A stretch of 63,305 bases of DNA, the filler included, from Sphacelaria rigidula (taxonomy: Eukaryota): the NCBI GenBank assembly GCA_964200075.2. It is 11 parts of 11 records of this genome, joined end to end, with 100 filler letters (N's around TTAATTAATTAA, not from the genome) between each part and the next. Parts side by side here need not be neighbours in the genome. Positions count along the whole stretch, not along the records: positions 34,587 to 40,250 come from CAXNAA020025454.1; positions 40,351 to 46,014 come from CAXNAA020025455.1; positions 46,115 to 51,778 come from CAXNAA020025456.1; 8 more parts are not named here. One strand, given 5' to 3'. The notes beneath the pieces are model-generated. The model saw only the letters and a program-made list of their open reading frames with translations. It made no database searches and was not told the DNA's origin. Of the stretch, positions 34,587-47,482 are shown piece after piece; position 1 is the stretch's first letter, and each line of letters starts with the position of its first letter. A program made the position numbers and the translations under genes.

Positions 34587-37090
34587 CCGACCACTCGCCA
34601 CGGACCTGTCCACGTGGACATCAACTTCGGCGTCACACCTTACCTCCGAACACGGCCATACAATACGAAATCGCCAACTGCAAACTTGGGCAACACAGCC
34701 TGGCCCTTAGCAAGCTTGCGTTTGGTTTCGCGAGACACCGCGACAGCAGCTTGCACTTCGTTACAAAACCGTACTGGCTCGTCGACCACGCCTCGAATCT
34801 TGTCACGCAAGGAATCAGCATCCATGATATCGACGCTCCACTCGCCGCCAGTGACAGAAGCCAGCGCGGAATACGCCGTACGCGGCGTACGCCCAAACAG
34901 CACACAATACGGAGTGTTACGGTAGCGTTCACGAAAAGAAGTATTGAACGCCCACTGAGCGGCTGGTAAAACATCAACCCATACAGACACCGGTCGTCGC
35001 TGTTCCGAAAAATATATACCGCAATTCATGAATAACCTCTTTCACCATGCGTTTACAAGCACCATTTGACCAAGGGGTATACGCAACAGCAAGTTGGTGT
35101 TGCACCTTGAGCGCGTCGCTCAGCTGCGTGATCACTCGATTCTTGAAGTGCGTGGCGGTATCACCAACCCAAACACACGGCAACCCCAAAGTCTCGCACC
35201 AATGGAGCAAGTGCTTAGCCGTAACCTCGGCGGTGCAAGCCTCGGTCGGCTCTAAGCAAACGAAATGAACAAATCATCCATGATAACCAAAACGTACCGA
35301 AAACCATCCTCCTCAGGCAAACCATTAGTACCTTCAGGTCTGCTACTTGTGACGTACAGAAAATCAAAGGGAACAACTTCACCTGGCGCAGTACCATGCA
35401 CAGTATCGCCATACGGACGATGTACGATCGCACCAGCACGAGTGTCTACACAGTGCAAACACTGGCGAACGAACTCACGAACGTGGGAATCCGTGTGAGG
35501 CCACACACAGTATTCTTTCAATCGAAACAGAGTCGGCGCCACACCACGGTGACCAGCCGCCGACCGCATGTGAGCGCACACCATCAAGCGAGTTTGTAGA
35601 GCCTTTTCATCCGACATAATCCACAAAACATCACTACTACCAACACGCACGCGAACAGACCATCGTCAGCCAAAGCAGCTTGACCGAAAGTCGTAGGAAT
35701 ATAATAAACAGCGTCGTTGACTGTTTTGCGCTGCGCGGTACGAATGACATCTAACGAGGGCAGCGAATCATCGGCATCACACGGGCTGTAGGCGGCAACA
35801 GAACAGAGAGGCACGGTAGGAACCTTCACCAAGCGAGACAACAAATCTCCCCAAAAAATGCGCTCTCCGGGAATGTGTTCACTGCCATACCGATATTGCT
35901 GTTGGGCTCCCAGTAACTCCCGTATGTCTTCTTGGCTTGGCATCACCCCCGCAGACTGTTCGACTTGCGCGTTCACCGCCTGATAGTCGCTGACCAAATG
36001 GAGTGTATCCTTCTTCGGCACCGCCATCGCCGGACTCGCCCGCACAGCCCGAATATTCCTAACCAACAAACCAAATACCGCCAAAGCTGCGATGCATGAG
36101 GCAGGCCACCCGGTTTTCACTGGATCGTACCGTCTGGGCTTGGGCCTTCAACGCATTTGTCTGGGGCTTGAGCTGCACTTTCATGGGCTCTACGCGCGCT
36201 GGCGGATCATCACGCAGCGCACGGCGAAATGTATCGACGCGACGAGCCAAAATATCGCGCATACAATGTGCGCCAACGACGTTCAGGCCCTTCTGCTCGG
36301 CCTGCCGCATACTATCCTCAAGCGCACGCTCTCGTGCACCTCTCTCCTCTGCTGGGTCTATGAACATGTCCGGCCCCCGATCGACCAAGCGCTCTACCGC
36401 TTCATCAGCAGGAGCCCCTTCCTCATTGGCGCTCTGGAATGGCCGTATGGACACGATCACACGCCTTGCAGCAAGGTAACTGGGGTTTTCCACGCCGGTT
36501 TGCACCGGCACAGCACGCGGACGTAACTTCTCCAACGCCAGCGGATACAGATCAACCCCGAGCTCCTTCATCGTCGCCATCCCAAATAGAACCACGTTGT
36601 CCCTACCGGGCATGACAGCGAAAGTAATGGGCTGTAGCTCCACAGTCCCCCACGGCGTACGCACGCTAACAGTAACCGGCACCATTTTTTGTGTAACCAT
36701 CACGTGAGCATCCGTGGTAGTCTGTGCCGTTTGCGGTCCGTTTTCGAACGTAATTTAAAGCTGAGCGCAGCCAAACTGCGAAGACATCTGTTCTAACAAC
36801 CCCACATCGATCGACGTGAGCGCGGACCCAGAATCCAGAAGAACGCGGGCCATGAACAAACCTACAGAACCAGGCAAGGTTAAATCTGCGCGTAAGCACT
36901 CAGCCTTGCGATCGACAGGTACCACGCCTGCCGAAGAACCCTGTGCTGGACTACGCGTCACCTGACACCAGGGCTGCCATCCAGCATTTGGCATCGATAG
37001 CTGCGAATCGTCGGTCCAACCAGACCAAGTTGCCGAATATGCAGACGACGCAGTTACAGCCGTTGCAGCAGTAGGAAATGCACCAGACAC
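34587..37090 (-). pseudogene. Gypsy pol pseudogene
   Basis: Protease VLLDSGS. RT start ASPAMAVPKK..LVSDYQAVN. RNase H end HIPGERIFWGDLLSR. Integrase zinc motif H..AGH...C..C and core FDFLYV, WVGDTATHF, YTPWSNGACKR. Several frameshifts. Confidence 0.9.
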
Positions 37091-37099
37091 GGATCCTGC

Positions 37100-38269
37100 C
37101 TAGCCGAGGGGTTGCGAGCTTTTCACTCCAGCACTCCCCACGGAAGTATTTGTATTTCCCACGTACAATGTCCGCCCCGCTACGGACGAACCATAAGATC
37201 CAGAGTCATCGCTTGATGACGTAGTGGAAGAAACAGTAGCGGAGGAACCACCATCCGCCGCCGATTGCTTGCTAACGCGGCCGCCGCGCCCGCGTCCCTG
37301 ATTGGCACAGCCCCGTCCACCGTGACGACCGCCCCGAGATCCTGATGAATCTCGCGCATTGCCCTGTGCAGCGCCTTGAGCGTGAGGCTTGGGGCAGTCC
37401 TTGATCGTATGTCCGGTGTCGCCGCAGTTGTAATACGCGCGAGTGGACGACGCTCGCGAAGACGGCTGCTGTTGCTGTTGCTGTTGCTGTTTGCGGCGCA
37501 TACCACCTGCACTTCTTTCAGAATCGCGCCGGCCATGTGCCTCAATGAACTTCAACTGGTCGGCCGCCTCAAATACTGTTTTGAACACCACCGTCGGGGT
37601 TTTTTTCCAGCCGTCAACATACGTTAGTACACTTATAACATACGCCTTGAATTCCGGGGGCGAAATACCGTCCACCAAAGCTATGGAAACCGACTCGGCC
37701 GGGCCTGGCAACCAACTCCTGTCCTCCGCACGGTACACGGCTTGCACCGTCAGCTTTTCAAAGAAAAACCTCTCCATAGCTGAGGTGACCATCATCGCAC
37801 GGTCCTTTACAGATTTCCCACTGCTTTGTGGCATAATAAGAACTCTACACAGGTCTGCTGCAGCCCGCGCAGCGTCATACTTTCCGCCAGTTGTGGTATA
37901 CCCGGCATGCTGCTTCACAGCATCAAGCAATTCATCGGGGGTCATAGCCCGACCGTCCTTGTACATATCTTCGAAGCATCGGTGAATATAGGTAGGGATA
38001 AGTTGACCTATGCTCGCCCTCTCATGCCTCACGATTCCTTGTGAATTCGCGAGACTCAAACGCTGTATGTATTCAAGATATGCTGCGACAAAAACGCGTG
38101 ATGCCTCCTCTGTCCACACTTCGCCATACTTCGGCGGTTCTAGTGGCTCACCCAACACCAGCGGTGCTGCCGCCACTTGAGCCATGCCGTCTAGACTATG
38201 CTTCAAACACTTCACGGAGAGACTCTTGCCTGACTTGTGCGTCCTCCAGCTCACGGAGCGTCCCCCCAC
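37100..38269 (-). CDS. Gypsy gag (open 389-aa ORF)
   Basis: Degenerate zinc knuckle YYNCGDTGHTIKDC, RG-rich tail, position upstream of the protease. Confidence 0.8.
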   Translation of the reverse strand: MGGRSVSWRTHKSGKSLSVKCLKHSLDGMAQVAAAPLVLGEPLEPPKYGEVWTEEASRVFVAAYLEYIQRLSLANSQGIVRHERASIGQLIPTYIHRCFEDMYKDGRAMTPDELLDAVKQHAGYTTTGGKYDAARAAADLCRVLIMPQSSGKSVKDRAMMVTSAMERFFFEKLTVQAVYRAEDRSWLPGPAESVSIALVDGISPPEFKAYVISVLTYVDGWKKTPTVVFKTVFEAADQLKFIEAHGRRDSERSAGGMRRKQQQQQQQQPSSRASSTRAYYNCGDTGHTIKDCPKPHAQGAAQGNARDSSGSRGGRHGGRGCANQGRGRGGRVSKQSAADGGSSATVSSTTSSSDDSGSYGSSVAGRTLYVGNTNTSVGSAGVKSSQPLG

Positions 38270-38426
38270 TGCTGTGCGCTTTAAGTTGGTCTCCTCCTGT
38301 CTGCGGGTTAAACTGGCTCTAAGCTGCAGCCCACTTCTCCTCAGCCAAACTCATTCTAACAGAGTGCCGGAAGAATAATATCTAGATATTATAGCCTCTG
38401 CCAGACGATCTGGACAAGAGGACTAT

Positions 38427-38650
38427 CCACGAGGGACTCCTCCAGTAGCACTGGCCGCATGCTCGACAACTCCTTCCTTTTCACTTGTTATTATTGCGGA
38501 GTGATCCTCTACAGACCCACATCAAGAGTCAGGCAGCAAGGAGCCATAAAGATGAGGGTCATCAATCCAGGATCCTCTGTCCCCTGCCACTGCTCCAATC
38601 ATGCACGCGATTATATACTAAAACCTACGGCTTGGTATCATTTGGCTACA
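38427..38650 (-). repeat. Candidate 5' LTR of the gypsy element
   Basis: Starts TGTAGCCAAATG on the minus strand; shares several motifs with 34069-34278 and 22746-22958; inner end diverged. Confidence 0.55.
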
Positions 38651-40684
38651 GGTCATACAGATCACCATCAGGCAGACTTGTACGAATCACACGGGTTATA
38701 CAGATAATTTATCGCGGTATGTGTGCATGGCAACCGGGTTCTTCAGGTCACCACACGAGAAGTGTGTGTAGGTCAAACGGGCCATACGGATACAGACCAA
38801 TCGCAGATCGCGAAGGTCATACGGTTGATCGTCGAGCAGCAGGCTAGCGGGAGGTACCCATGCTTCATCAGCGCCGGCAATGTACACGTCGAAGACCCTT
38901 CTCCGCAGATCTTCGTCAGACGCTGGCCGGACACCGTCATGATGGGTCAAATGAGCACATGGCTGTATTATGTTTCTTCCTTTTCTCGCCGCGCACGTGT
39001 TTGCACCCTGAACGAGGAAATAGGAAAACAGTCGTCCTTACTGCCGTTGGCACACATCAACATACGTACGTGTCATCTACGCAAATCACCACCACTGTTA
39101 CTCACTACTACTGCTACTGCCACCGGAGCGAAGAAGTCCAAATTATGTTCCGTCACGACGCTTATACTTCGAAGTATAGCGCTAAGATCTACACTACTGT
39201 GTTGAGCATGCGAGCAGATCGAAGTTCCACAGTCACAGTCGTACACTCCACCAACGAGTCCTGCGCATGGATTTTACGGTAGAGGAGAAAGTATACGTGT
39301 ACTTTATGTTCCACGCGCCCGAGCTGCTAGAGTCAACCTACAACCTACGGACTCGTGAACACATACTATGTACCTGGGCCATAAATAAGGTTAGCAGATG
39401 AGGAATACTGAATACTGTTCAGTGTATACTTCGGATGCTCCGACAGTGCACAGTTTCAGGAAAAATGTATACACCCCTACCATGGAACGACTTGGACTGA
39501 ATATACGTAGTCATGTTCCATATGCCCGGCTGCTACAGTCAACCTATGGACTTGTGAACACGCATTGTACCCGGGTCATACAGATTTACAGGTGAGACAT
39601 ACTGAATACCGTTTTCTATTGTGTACTGTACTTCATCCGGATCTTACGGGTGCGGGAAAGTGTTTCTTGTATACTCGTACTAGATTCGGATTCCACGGGT
39701 GAGGGGTAGCTTTTGTTGGTATACACGGTATTCCAATCGCGCGGGTCGACGGCAAGCTGCTTCGTTTGCCTGAGTCGAGTTGGATAAATGACAACTATGT
39801 GATTTTGCACAGGTAACGCAGTTCTGCAGATCAGTTGCACACGAAAGAGTGTGTGAAGCGGGTCGTACAGATCGTTGGTCGGGATGTATGTACGTGTCAA
39901 GCGGGTCCTACAGATCACCATCGGATAAGCATGCACGGGTGACAGCAGACCTCGAACAGATCACGATCTATGCCCCAAATGAGCTGACCCGGATCTGTCA
40001 CGAGCTGATTTGTCCGACGTGTGCAACAATTATTACGGTCTGCTTTTTTGAACCAGTTATCCGTATTCTTCATAATATATTCCAACACCTGATATCTGAA
40101 ACCACCCATCATCTCGATGCGCTGTACGGCCATTTCTTTGTGGTGGTTTTATGGCCCTTTTGTAAGGGGGCCGGGGGAGGGGGGGGGGGGGGGGGGGAAT
40201 AATTTTTTTGTTTTTTTTTCGTGGCAAATGTTACGCACGCTTCACCTGGCNNNNNNNNNNNNNNNNNNNNNNNNNNNNNNNNNNNNNNNNNNNNTTAATT
40301 AATTAANNNNNNNNNNNNNNNNNNNNNNNNNNNNNNNNNNNNNNNNNNNNCTTTACAAACACATGTTGCGCCACGCTTCCTTGGTGTTCGCCGAGTACAA
40401 CACTTCCCCTTCCCCACCCTACTCTCACCCCCCCCCCCCCCCCCCCCCCCCCCCATCGTTTTTGGAATACAGTTGTAATTGCAGGTATTGGGCAAGAGTC
40501 CAGCTTCACGTTCTACGAGTGGGGATCAAATCTCTCGCTGCTTCTTGTAAGTGACACCACAGCCAATTGCCAAAAGCAAGTAGGATAAGCTCTCTTCCAA
40601 TGCACCGTGTGCCATAAAACGACGTCATTTTCCCCGCCCCCACTCCTCTTACCCCCACGATCCTTTTCCTATCGACCAATTCAC

Positions 40685-43600
40685 CTAGCACGGTGCGCAA
40701 CGGACAGGCTGCGGAGCTCGTCTCCCTCGTCGATGAGCTGCTGCAGGTCTCCACTCAGTTGTTCCATGAAGATGCACTTGTCGTCCAAGGACACCGCCAC
40801 GAACCGAATGAGGTGCATGTGCACATCGTTGACTAGCAGCCTACATGAGTGGTGCCGTCCCCATCGAGCAAAAGCGGACGACAACCGACGGCATGGCAGC
40901 ATGGCAATGGTCGGCAAATGGGCGGACTTTGTGTATGGATACATGTAGCATGTAAGAGAATGGGACTGGTCACAGCAGAGTGCTGCAAACAGTACTCAGG
41001 TGCGGACATGTGAGTACAGTCAGCCTGCATGCATGTTGGACCTAGACAAAAATGAAGCGCCACCCGGCATGGTTGGAACGGAGAAACGACGACGTGTGGG
41101 TAGACACACCCAACTACCAACAACAGCGTACATGAGCCGAGCCATATACATGTATATGTGTATATAGCAAGTGTATGAATTCGGATACTGTGAGGCAACA
41201 ATCGGAAAGAGACAGGGTGCTGCTTATTCTCACAATTTCCAGATGACAACGACAACCATGTAAACGTAAATGGTGATGATGTCAACAGAAAACAAGCGAC
41301 ATTAAAACACCCTGCACACCACACAGAGTATATTGCACGGTATCGGATGCGATGTCAGGATGTTCGTCTCCAAACTACCCCAAAACGTCTAGAAGCTAGA
41401 ACTAACCTATGTGGTCACCACTGGCATGTTTTCACGAAATACGGCATGGGGAAAGGGACCGACATGACAACCATAGCCGTGTCAACCAAAGGTACAGTTT
41501 CCACTCACGTCCGGATGACGTTCGCCTCAGTCCTCTGGGCTTCACGTTCGAACTCCTCTGCGTCCTGTGCGCAGAACAGTCCGTCATCGAAACGAGCAAA
41601 CGACAGCGGGGGCAAGCGGCCGGGGGAGGGGTTATGAGTCGTCACCAGTCGTTTTATTAATAGGACATACCATGGACTGTTGCCAGGGCAGCGCCAGAAA
41701 TAGTGTCTGTGCCACCATCGTGCAGTACGCATACACGACGAAACGCACAAGAGCCTCTGTACACCAAAAATACGACAAGAGCGCCAAGTATGTAGGTGTC
41801 ATGGTACAGCCGCCTCCACGTTAACAATTCGCGTACAGAGAGATAAGCCGTACGTGCTCACGGCCGCGCACTCTGTCAAACCCGCGCTTCCTGTGAGCAA
41901 GTATGATGCCTGCGAGGCATCTTCCATCAACCTCGTGAAAAGTAAAAAGGAAAAGTAAAGGTTAAAAGTTGCCCGCATGAAACATCTTTTCCGGCCTCAA
42001 CGCTACAGTAGTAGCACCAACGCACGACCAGAAAAACAAAACAAGGAACCACGGAAACGTGATAGCCTCACCTCATTCAGCATCTTCACCACCACACCAG
42101 CGCCTGTGGGGACTACGGCGGCCACCTCTTTCTGGTGCTCGGGGGAAGTGAAAGACAGTCGCACCACCTGTCCACATCCTCCCTCCCCGATCTTGTCCCC
42201 GAGCACAACCTGTCCGCTGTCCTGCGCCGCAGAAAAGTTGTTCTCAAGAAGCGCGACAACTTCCGGACGGGCCACAGCTTCGTTTTCGGACGCGGGGGGC
42301 TCTACGGGCGAAGTGGCACGATCAGGAGCACCGGTAGCAGCACCAGCAGTCGCCACGGATTCGTCTTCGGGTGCGCCCGGGGGAGCAGCCTCCTCGCTCG
42401 GCGATGTGGGAGAAGCGACGCCGACGGCCAAAACACCAACGTCTTCGTCACCCGGCGGAGCTGCTGGTGCTGCTGGTGCTGCTGGTGCTGCTGTTGCTGC
42501 GGCGGCAATGACCTCGCCGGGCGCAGCAGGCTGCCCGACACCCGACAGGGCAAGGGCGACGGGGCGAGCGGTAGGCTGCCGGGCTGAAATTATCACATCG
42601 CCAAAGTGCCCGCCGGCGAGCGCAGCCGCACCATGGCTGGCGAACCCAGCTCCCCACACGTCGGTAGTCGTGATGTGGTGAGTTGCAGAATCTTCGTCAG
42701 GAGCAGCAGCAGGGGCGGCAACAGCAGCGGCGGCGGTGGAGCCAGGGGCAGAAACGATCGCTTCGTTCTCCTCACCACAGAAGACGTTGCAGACGGGAGG
42801 TGGAGCAGGGGTCACGCCAGTAGCGGAAGCAGGGGCGGCCGAGGTAACGGTTACCGTGTCTTCGGCCGTCACTATCTCCGCCTCGTTGTCGATAGTCGCC
42901 ACTGCCCCTTGCACGGTGGTCGTCAAGTAGGGCATGCTGCTGCTGCGCCCGAGGTTGCCAGTGATAGTCTGGTCATTGTGGACAGAGTTGAGCGAAGCCA
43001 AGTACGGTTCACGGAGGTCAGTGCAGAGACCATGTGTTGGTTTGGTGACAACAGCATTGTGGTTTCCTCGCTCCTCCGCACAAAATATGGATTCATTCAT
43101 TCATTGCTTGATTGTCGCACATTAACTCATCTATCTCCCGGAGATCCAGCCGTGGTCACACGGTAAACGGACCTGAGATAAAACAAAACCGAAACATCCG
43201 CTGAAGGAACGTGAAGAAAACAGGAGGGTAGAACAGACAAGCAGAGTAAACTGAACAAAAAACAAAAACAACTCGGTCTGTGCAACAAGAATGCACCGCA
43301 CAAATGGAAAGCGTCACAAAAAAAGACAATCGGTACCATACAAACAAGGAGGGAAATGCAAGAAAGCAACACCATATTGAAACTGTCTCCACATTTCAAA
43401 ATAGCTTCGGGGAAGGACGTGCCGACGACGAGAAAAATATCTGGCCTTCACACGATAAACGAGGAGTAACACGAGAAATAGCCGAATGAAGCTGGGTTGA
43501 AACCGCTCCTAAAATGTGTAGGTGAAGTCGCACTCATCGGTTATTCAGATCGCGAATGTTTTTCCATGTCACCCCCCGCTCTCCCCTCTTCGTTAACGAT

Positions 43601-44473
43601 GCCAGAAAAATATGGGATTAGGCTCTGCATGTCAGAAGAACTACAGCCAAGCCAAGCCAAGCCAGGCCAACTTGACTTGACTTGAGCCTATCGGTAACCT
43701 GCCGTGACGTCTTGGGTGCGACACAGGGGCAATCGCCAACTACGAAACCTTCAGCCCACCAAAACTACAGTACGTCCATGCGTGCTTTCATGCATTCATG
43801 CAACGGCGTCTGACGTGAGTAGCACCACTCTTGAAATGGTCAAGTTTACCTACCCTAGCACGCGGCAAAATGCTGTCTCAAAGGAAGGTTCTGCAGTGAC
43901 GACATCGACTAAGGAGATGAGAAAGTTCACGACAAGCAAATTGACGGAAGACAACTCCCTAACAGAAACACTACAAACGTGAGAGATCGGGATGGTCATA
44001 AGACGCACACACAAAACAAAGCTACAGAAAAAGTGCCTTCAACGATTCGGGATTCCGCTCCGCTTGGCTACTTACCGATGCTGTTGTTGCCGCAGCTGGA
44101 ACGGCGGCTCCTGGCGGGGGAGGAGGAAGGGCGTCACCCGGTGGTGATGCTGACGTCGGTACCGATGCTGCCGTTACTGCTGTTGCTGCTGCTTCTATTA
44201 AACCGAAAACCACTTTCGCTGCTGAAAATGATGAGGATGCTGCTGCTGCTGCTGCTGCTGCGGCGGCGGCGGCGGCGGGGGTATCATGGGCAGTGATGCC
44301 AGGAGTCGTTTCCGCTTCAAGACCTCGCGGTGCTACGGACGATGCTGTGGCCGATGCTGCCGTTGCTGCTTCTGCTGCTGCAGTTAGTGCTGCTGCGGCA
44401 ACCTTCTGGAGAGTGCACAAAGCTTCGACAGCACAGGCACCCGCGACAGGAGAGGCAGTAATGCCGGGTGGCG

Positions 44474-44506
<33 letters not shown>

Positions 44507-45416
44507 CAGCCGCGGCTGCGGCTGCTGCCGCGGCTGCTTCTCCTTTTGCTGCTGCGGCAACAGCGGCGGCGGCCGCGCCTTCATCACCGCCGTTGCTGCG
44601 GGGGCTGATCGCCGCCGTGGACATGGTGCTGCTGAGCCCGCCGAGACGAGCGAACATGCACATGCACATACATTACACATTATGCATCATGCATTTGAGG
44701 CGGCGCCATCGAGGAGGGACACGGACGGACGGACGGGGGAAGGCACTGAGGTCGCCGCTATCTTGAATGGGGTTCGGGCATCTAGTAGTCAACAGCAAAT
44801 CGTAAGTCACGGTTGCACCACTTCCTCTGGTTCGGTTTTGTCCCATCCCCGTCCACATACAGAGGGCGCGATACGTACGATATGTCGACGACGCCCCAGC
44901 AGTCAATCGCTGGGACGGAGCGAGGTGGTGGTCGGGGGGGAGAGAAGGGGAGGGGAGGGGGGCGGCAAGGAAAGACAACGTGTAGAACCAAACAGGATGT
45001 TTTCGCCGGGGCGGTCCGGTCCGACAGTCGTCACAACATGCGACATACACGCCCGACCTGCTAGTGGTGAAAATATCTGCCATACACACCTTACGCTAAG
45101 ATTCCCCCAAGGAAGAGAATGACAAGAGGAACGGAGCTCAGCTGTGGCCCAATCACCACGAAAATTATAATGAGGACGGCACAGTTCAATATCCTGCAGA
45201 ACGGAGAGTCTCAGCCTCGACCGAAACACGCGCTTCTTCTCGACGGACCGGGCCCGCATACAAGGGCGGCAGGGACCGGAAAGGACTCACCTTGAAGCAC
45301 CCATTGTTGCCGTGCTGTCGCTGGCCAGGACGACAAGGTGGATGCTGCTGGCGGGGGCCTGGGCTCCATCACCAGGAGTGTTGTGAGCAGTGTCGCGAGC
45401 AGTGTCAGATATCTTG
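40685..45416 (-). CDS. Protein kinase gene fragment (TKL-like) with long Ala/Pro-rich N-terminal region
   Basis: GT/AG exons 45416-45291, ~44631-44076, 42968-42072, 41564-41509 and 40840-40685 splice in consistent phase. They encode IGEGGCGQV (subdomain I), VVVKML (II), EEFERE (III) and HMHLIRFVAVS..IFMEQLSGDL (IV-V). The catalytic exons are not in this contig. Confidence 0.8.
43092..43400 (-). mobile_element. LINE-like 3' UTR / 3' end inside a kinase intron
   Basis: Minus strand GTGTGACCACGGCTGGATCTCC...TTAATGTGCGACAATC with an (AATG)n tail and a T-rich upstream tract. Confidence 0.6.
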
Positions 45417-45732
45417 CTGAAAAAAGATCGGGCTGTGATGCCGTTCGCAGTGGAGAAATGGGGAACGGAACGGGCGGAAAGTACAGACATCGATCGACGA
45501 GAGACAGAGAAATACTCACAACCAACAGGCACATCGATCATGTGCATGTTCCACTATGATGTGTGTACCAACGCATGCCTACATCAGATATCGACAACAG
45601 CAGCAACAAAACTGCAGCAGTAAATTGCAACAGCAACGGTAGCGTCCATTCCGCCGAGCTCAACATCAGACATGCACTCACGTAGGAGGAATCGACGAGA
45701 CACGATTCAAGCTTGATTCTTGTGGTACATAC

Positions 45733-45957
45733 CGTCTCTGGCCTGCTGCACTCTGCGCAGCAAGTTGATAGCTTCTCCTTGCCTCTCATTTTGAGAGGCC
45801 AGCTCGTCCTTCTTCGCCACCACCTGGTCGATGTGCCGGCGCAAATTGTCGATTTCCTTCCGCTTCTGGCGGAGAGAGCGGTTCTTGGTCCTCGTGGCCT
45901 GCATAAGGTATTGGACCAGCTCGAGGGCATCTTGACCTTTGGCCTTGTCCGCCTTGC
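45733..45957 (-). CDS. Coiled-coil-like exon, possibly an upstream exon of the kinase gene
   Basis: CAG acceptor and GTATGT donor; KADKAKGQDALELVQYLMQATRTKNRSLRQKRKEIDNLRRHIDQ...; its phase does not join the next exon directly. Confidence 0.6.
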
Positions 45958-47119
45958 CTGTCGCACACTGACAGTAGGGTAATAAGGGACGGAGACATGT
46001 TGAAGTAGAATGAGNNNNNNNNNNNNNNNNNNNNNNNNNNNNNNNNNNNNNNNNNNNNTTAATTAATTAANNNNNNNNNNNNNNNNNNNNNNNNNNNNNN
46101 NNNNNNNNNNNNNNTCTTCGGGGGTCCTGCGAAAATACGACCCCGGGCTCTAGCTTTTCGGTATTTCCGGTGGACCGACTCGATCCGGATCATATAAATG
46201 AAGACTCGAAAAGGACTGTTTTTTGAAATTCCAACTAGTCACTGCGCTAAAGCAGGAAAGCTATGCTTCTTGGACCATTTACGGTCAATAACACCCTCAT
46301 GACAAACGGGGTTTTTACCCGGTATCGCCCCTACGACACCCACTTGGGCGATTTTGATTTGAGCACGATTTGCTTATTGTGCCAAACCTATCGACGCTAG
46401 CACTTTCGAGTGCTCATGAAAAATGTTATGCGAAACCCCCCCCAAAAATAGGCCATCCGCAGAAAATTCTAGACTGAGGTCTGTGCAGTGTAGGAGGGAA
46501 ACACGATCTCGACCGTTTTTGTGAAGAATTTAGTACGTACTCATTTACCTGAATATTTACCGTTTCGTCGCTGAAGAGCGGGAAAACTGCTTACATTGGA
46601 CCAAAAACGGTCAGCGACACCCATCCGATAAACGGGGTATGAAGTCCGTATTGCCCGAGAAACACCGACTTGAGCACTGCAGTTTGAGCGCGGCCTACGC
46701 TTTCTCCCTAAATCTACCGGTGCTAGCACTTTCAAATAGTAAAGAACAGTACTCCAGAAAAACTAAAAAAATAGAACAACTACGAATTCTGAAAACCTGT
46801 GATGCTGACTACTATATAAATGATGAGCCTGGGGGGGCGGCGTGTCCGCCATCTCATCGATCTCCAGGCCATGGATCTCTGTACATGGGGGGCAGACCGC
46901 ATCTGCCAACGCCTCCGCAATAAACTAGGGGACAGATCCCCCCCCCCCGCCCGCCCTCAAAAACTCAAGTTTTCGATCTTGAGGCCTACGTATCCATAAA
47001 TCTCTTCTCAATAGACCCTTGGTGATGACCATATTGTTTATTATTCTTTTTCAATCTCCCCAGCCTCCGGGGCGGTGTGTTTCAGATTTTTGCTCGAGTA
47101 CTGTAATACCTGCGTGGTG

Positions 47120-47183
47120 TGATTGATTGATTGATTGATTGCCACACTTTAACTGACCCCCCAAGGGTCCCGCCGTGGTCTCA
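47120..47183 (-). mobile_element. Very short LINE-like 3' end with (AATC)n tail
   Basis: Minus strand GAGACCACGGCGGGACCCTTGGGGGGTCAGTTAAAGTGTGGC(AATC)5. Confidence 0.6.
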
Positions 47184-47385
47184 TTCCTTGCGTGGTGGTA
47201 CTGCCGGCCGGCGCTCAGATACATGGTTACCGCTACGTTTGAAGGGCGCACGGGATGTGTTATGGGTGTCACAGTAAACACACACACAGCAGACAAAACG
47301 GCGGTGTTGTACTTTTCAAGCGGCACTGCTTGTGCGGTACCGTATTCAACCGAACACTACACGCATGGACACGAACCGGCTTTAA

Positions 47386-47482
47386 TCCTCAGACCGCGAG
47401 ATTAGTCTTTCTGGATCATGCATACTTTTTTCACTTGAAATTGATGCCGATTCAACAGAAGACTAACCTCGCGGTCTAAGGG
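47386..47482. mobile_element. piggyBac-like 97-bp MITE (uninterrupted copy)
   Basis: TTAA flanks; collinear with 6127-6132 + 6613-6703. Confidence 0.85.

Larger units (their letters stand above)
34587..38650 (-). mobile_element. Decayed Ty3/gypsy LTR retrotransposon (3' end cut by the contig boundary)
   Basis: Domain order gag-PR-(RT/RH largely deleted)-IN on the minus strand, with an upstream LTR-like segment. Confidence 0.9.

Noticed and set aside
41977..44766. Plus-strand ORFs of 234, 186 and 157 aa
   Set aside because: Antisense shadows of GC-rich minus-strand kinase exons.
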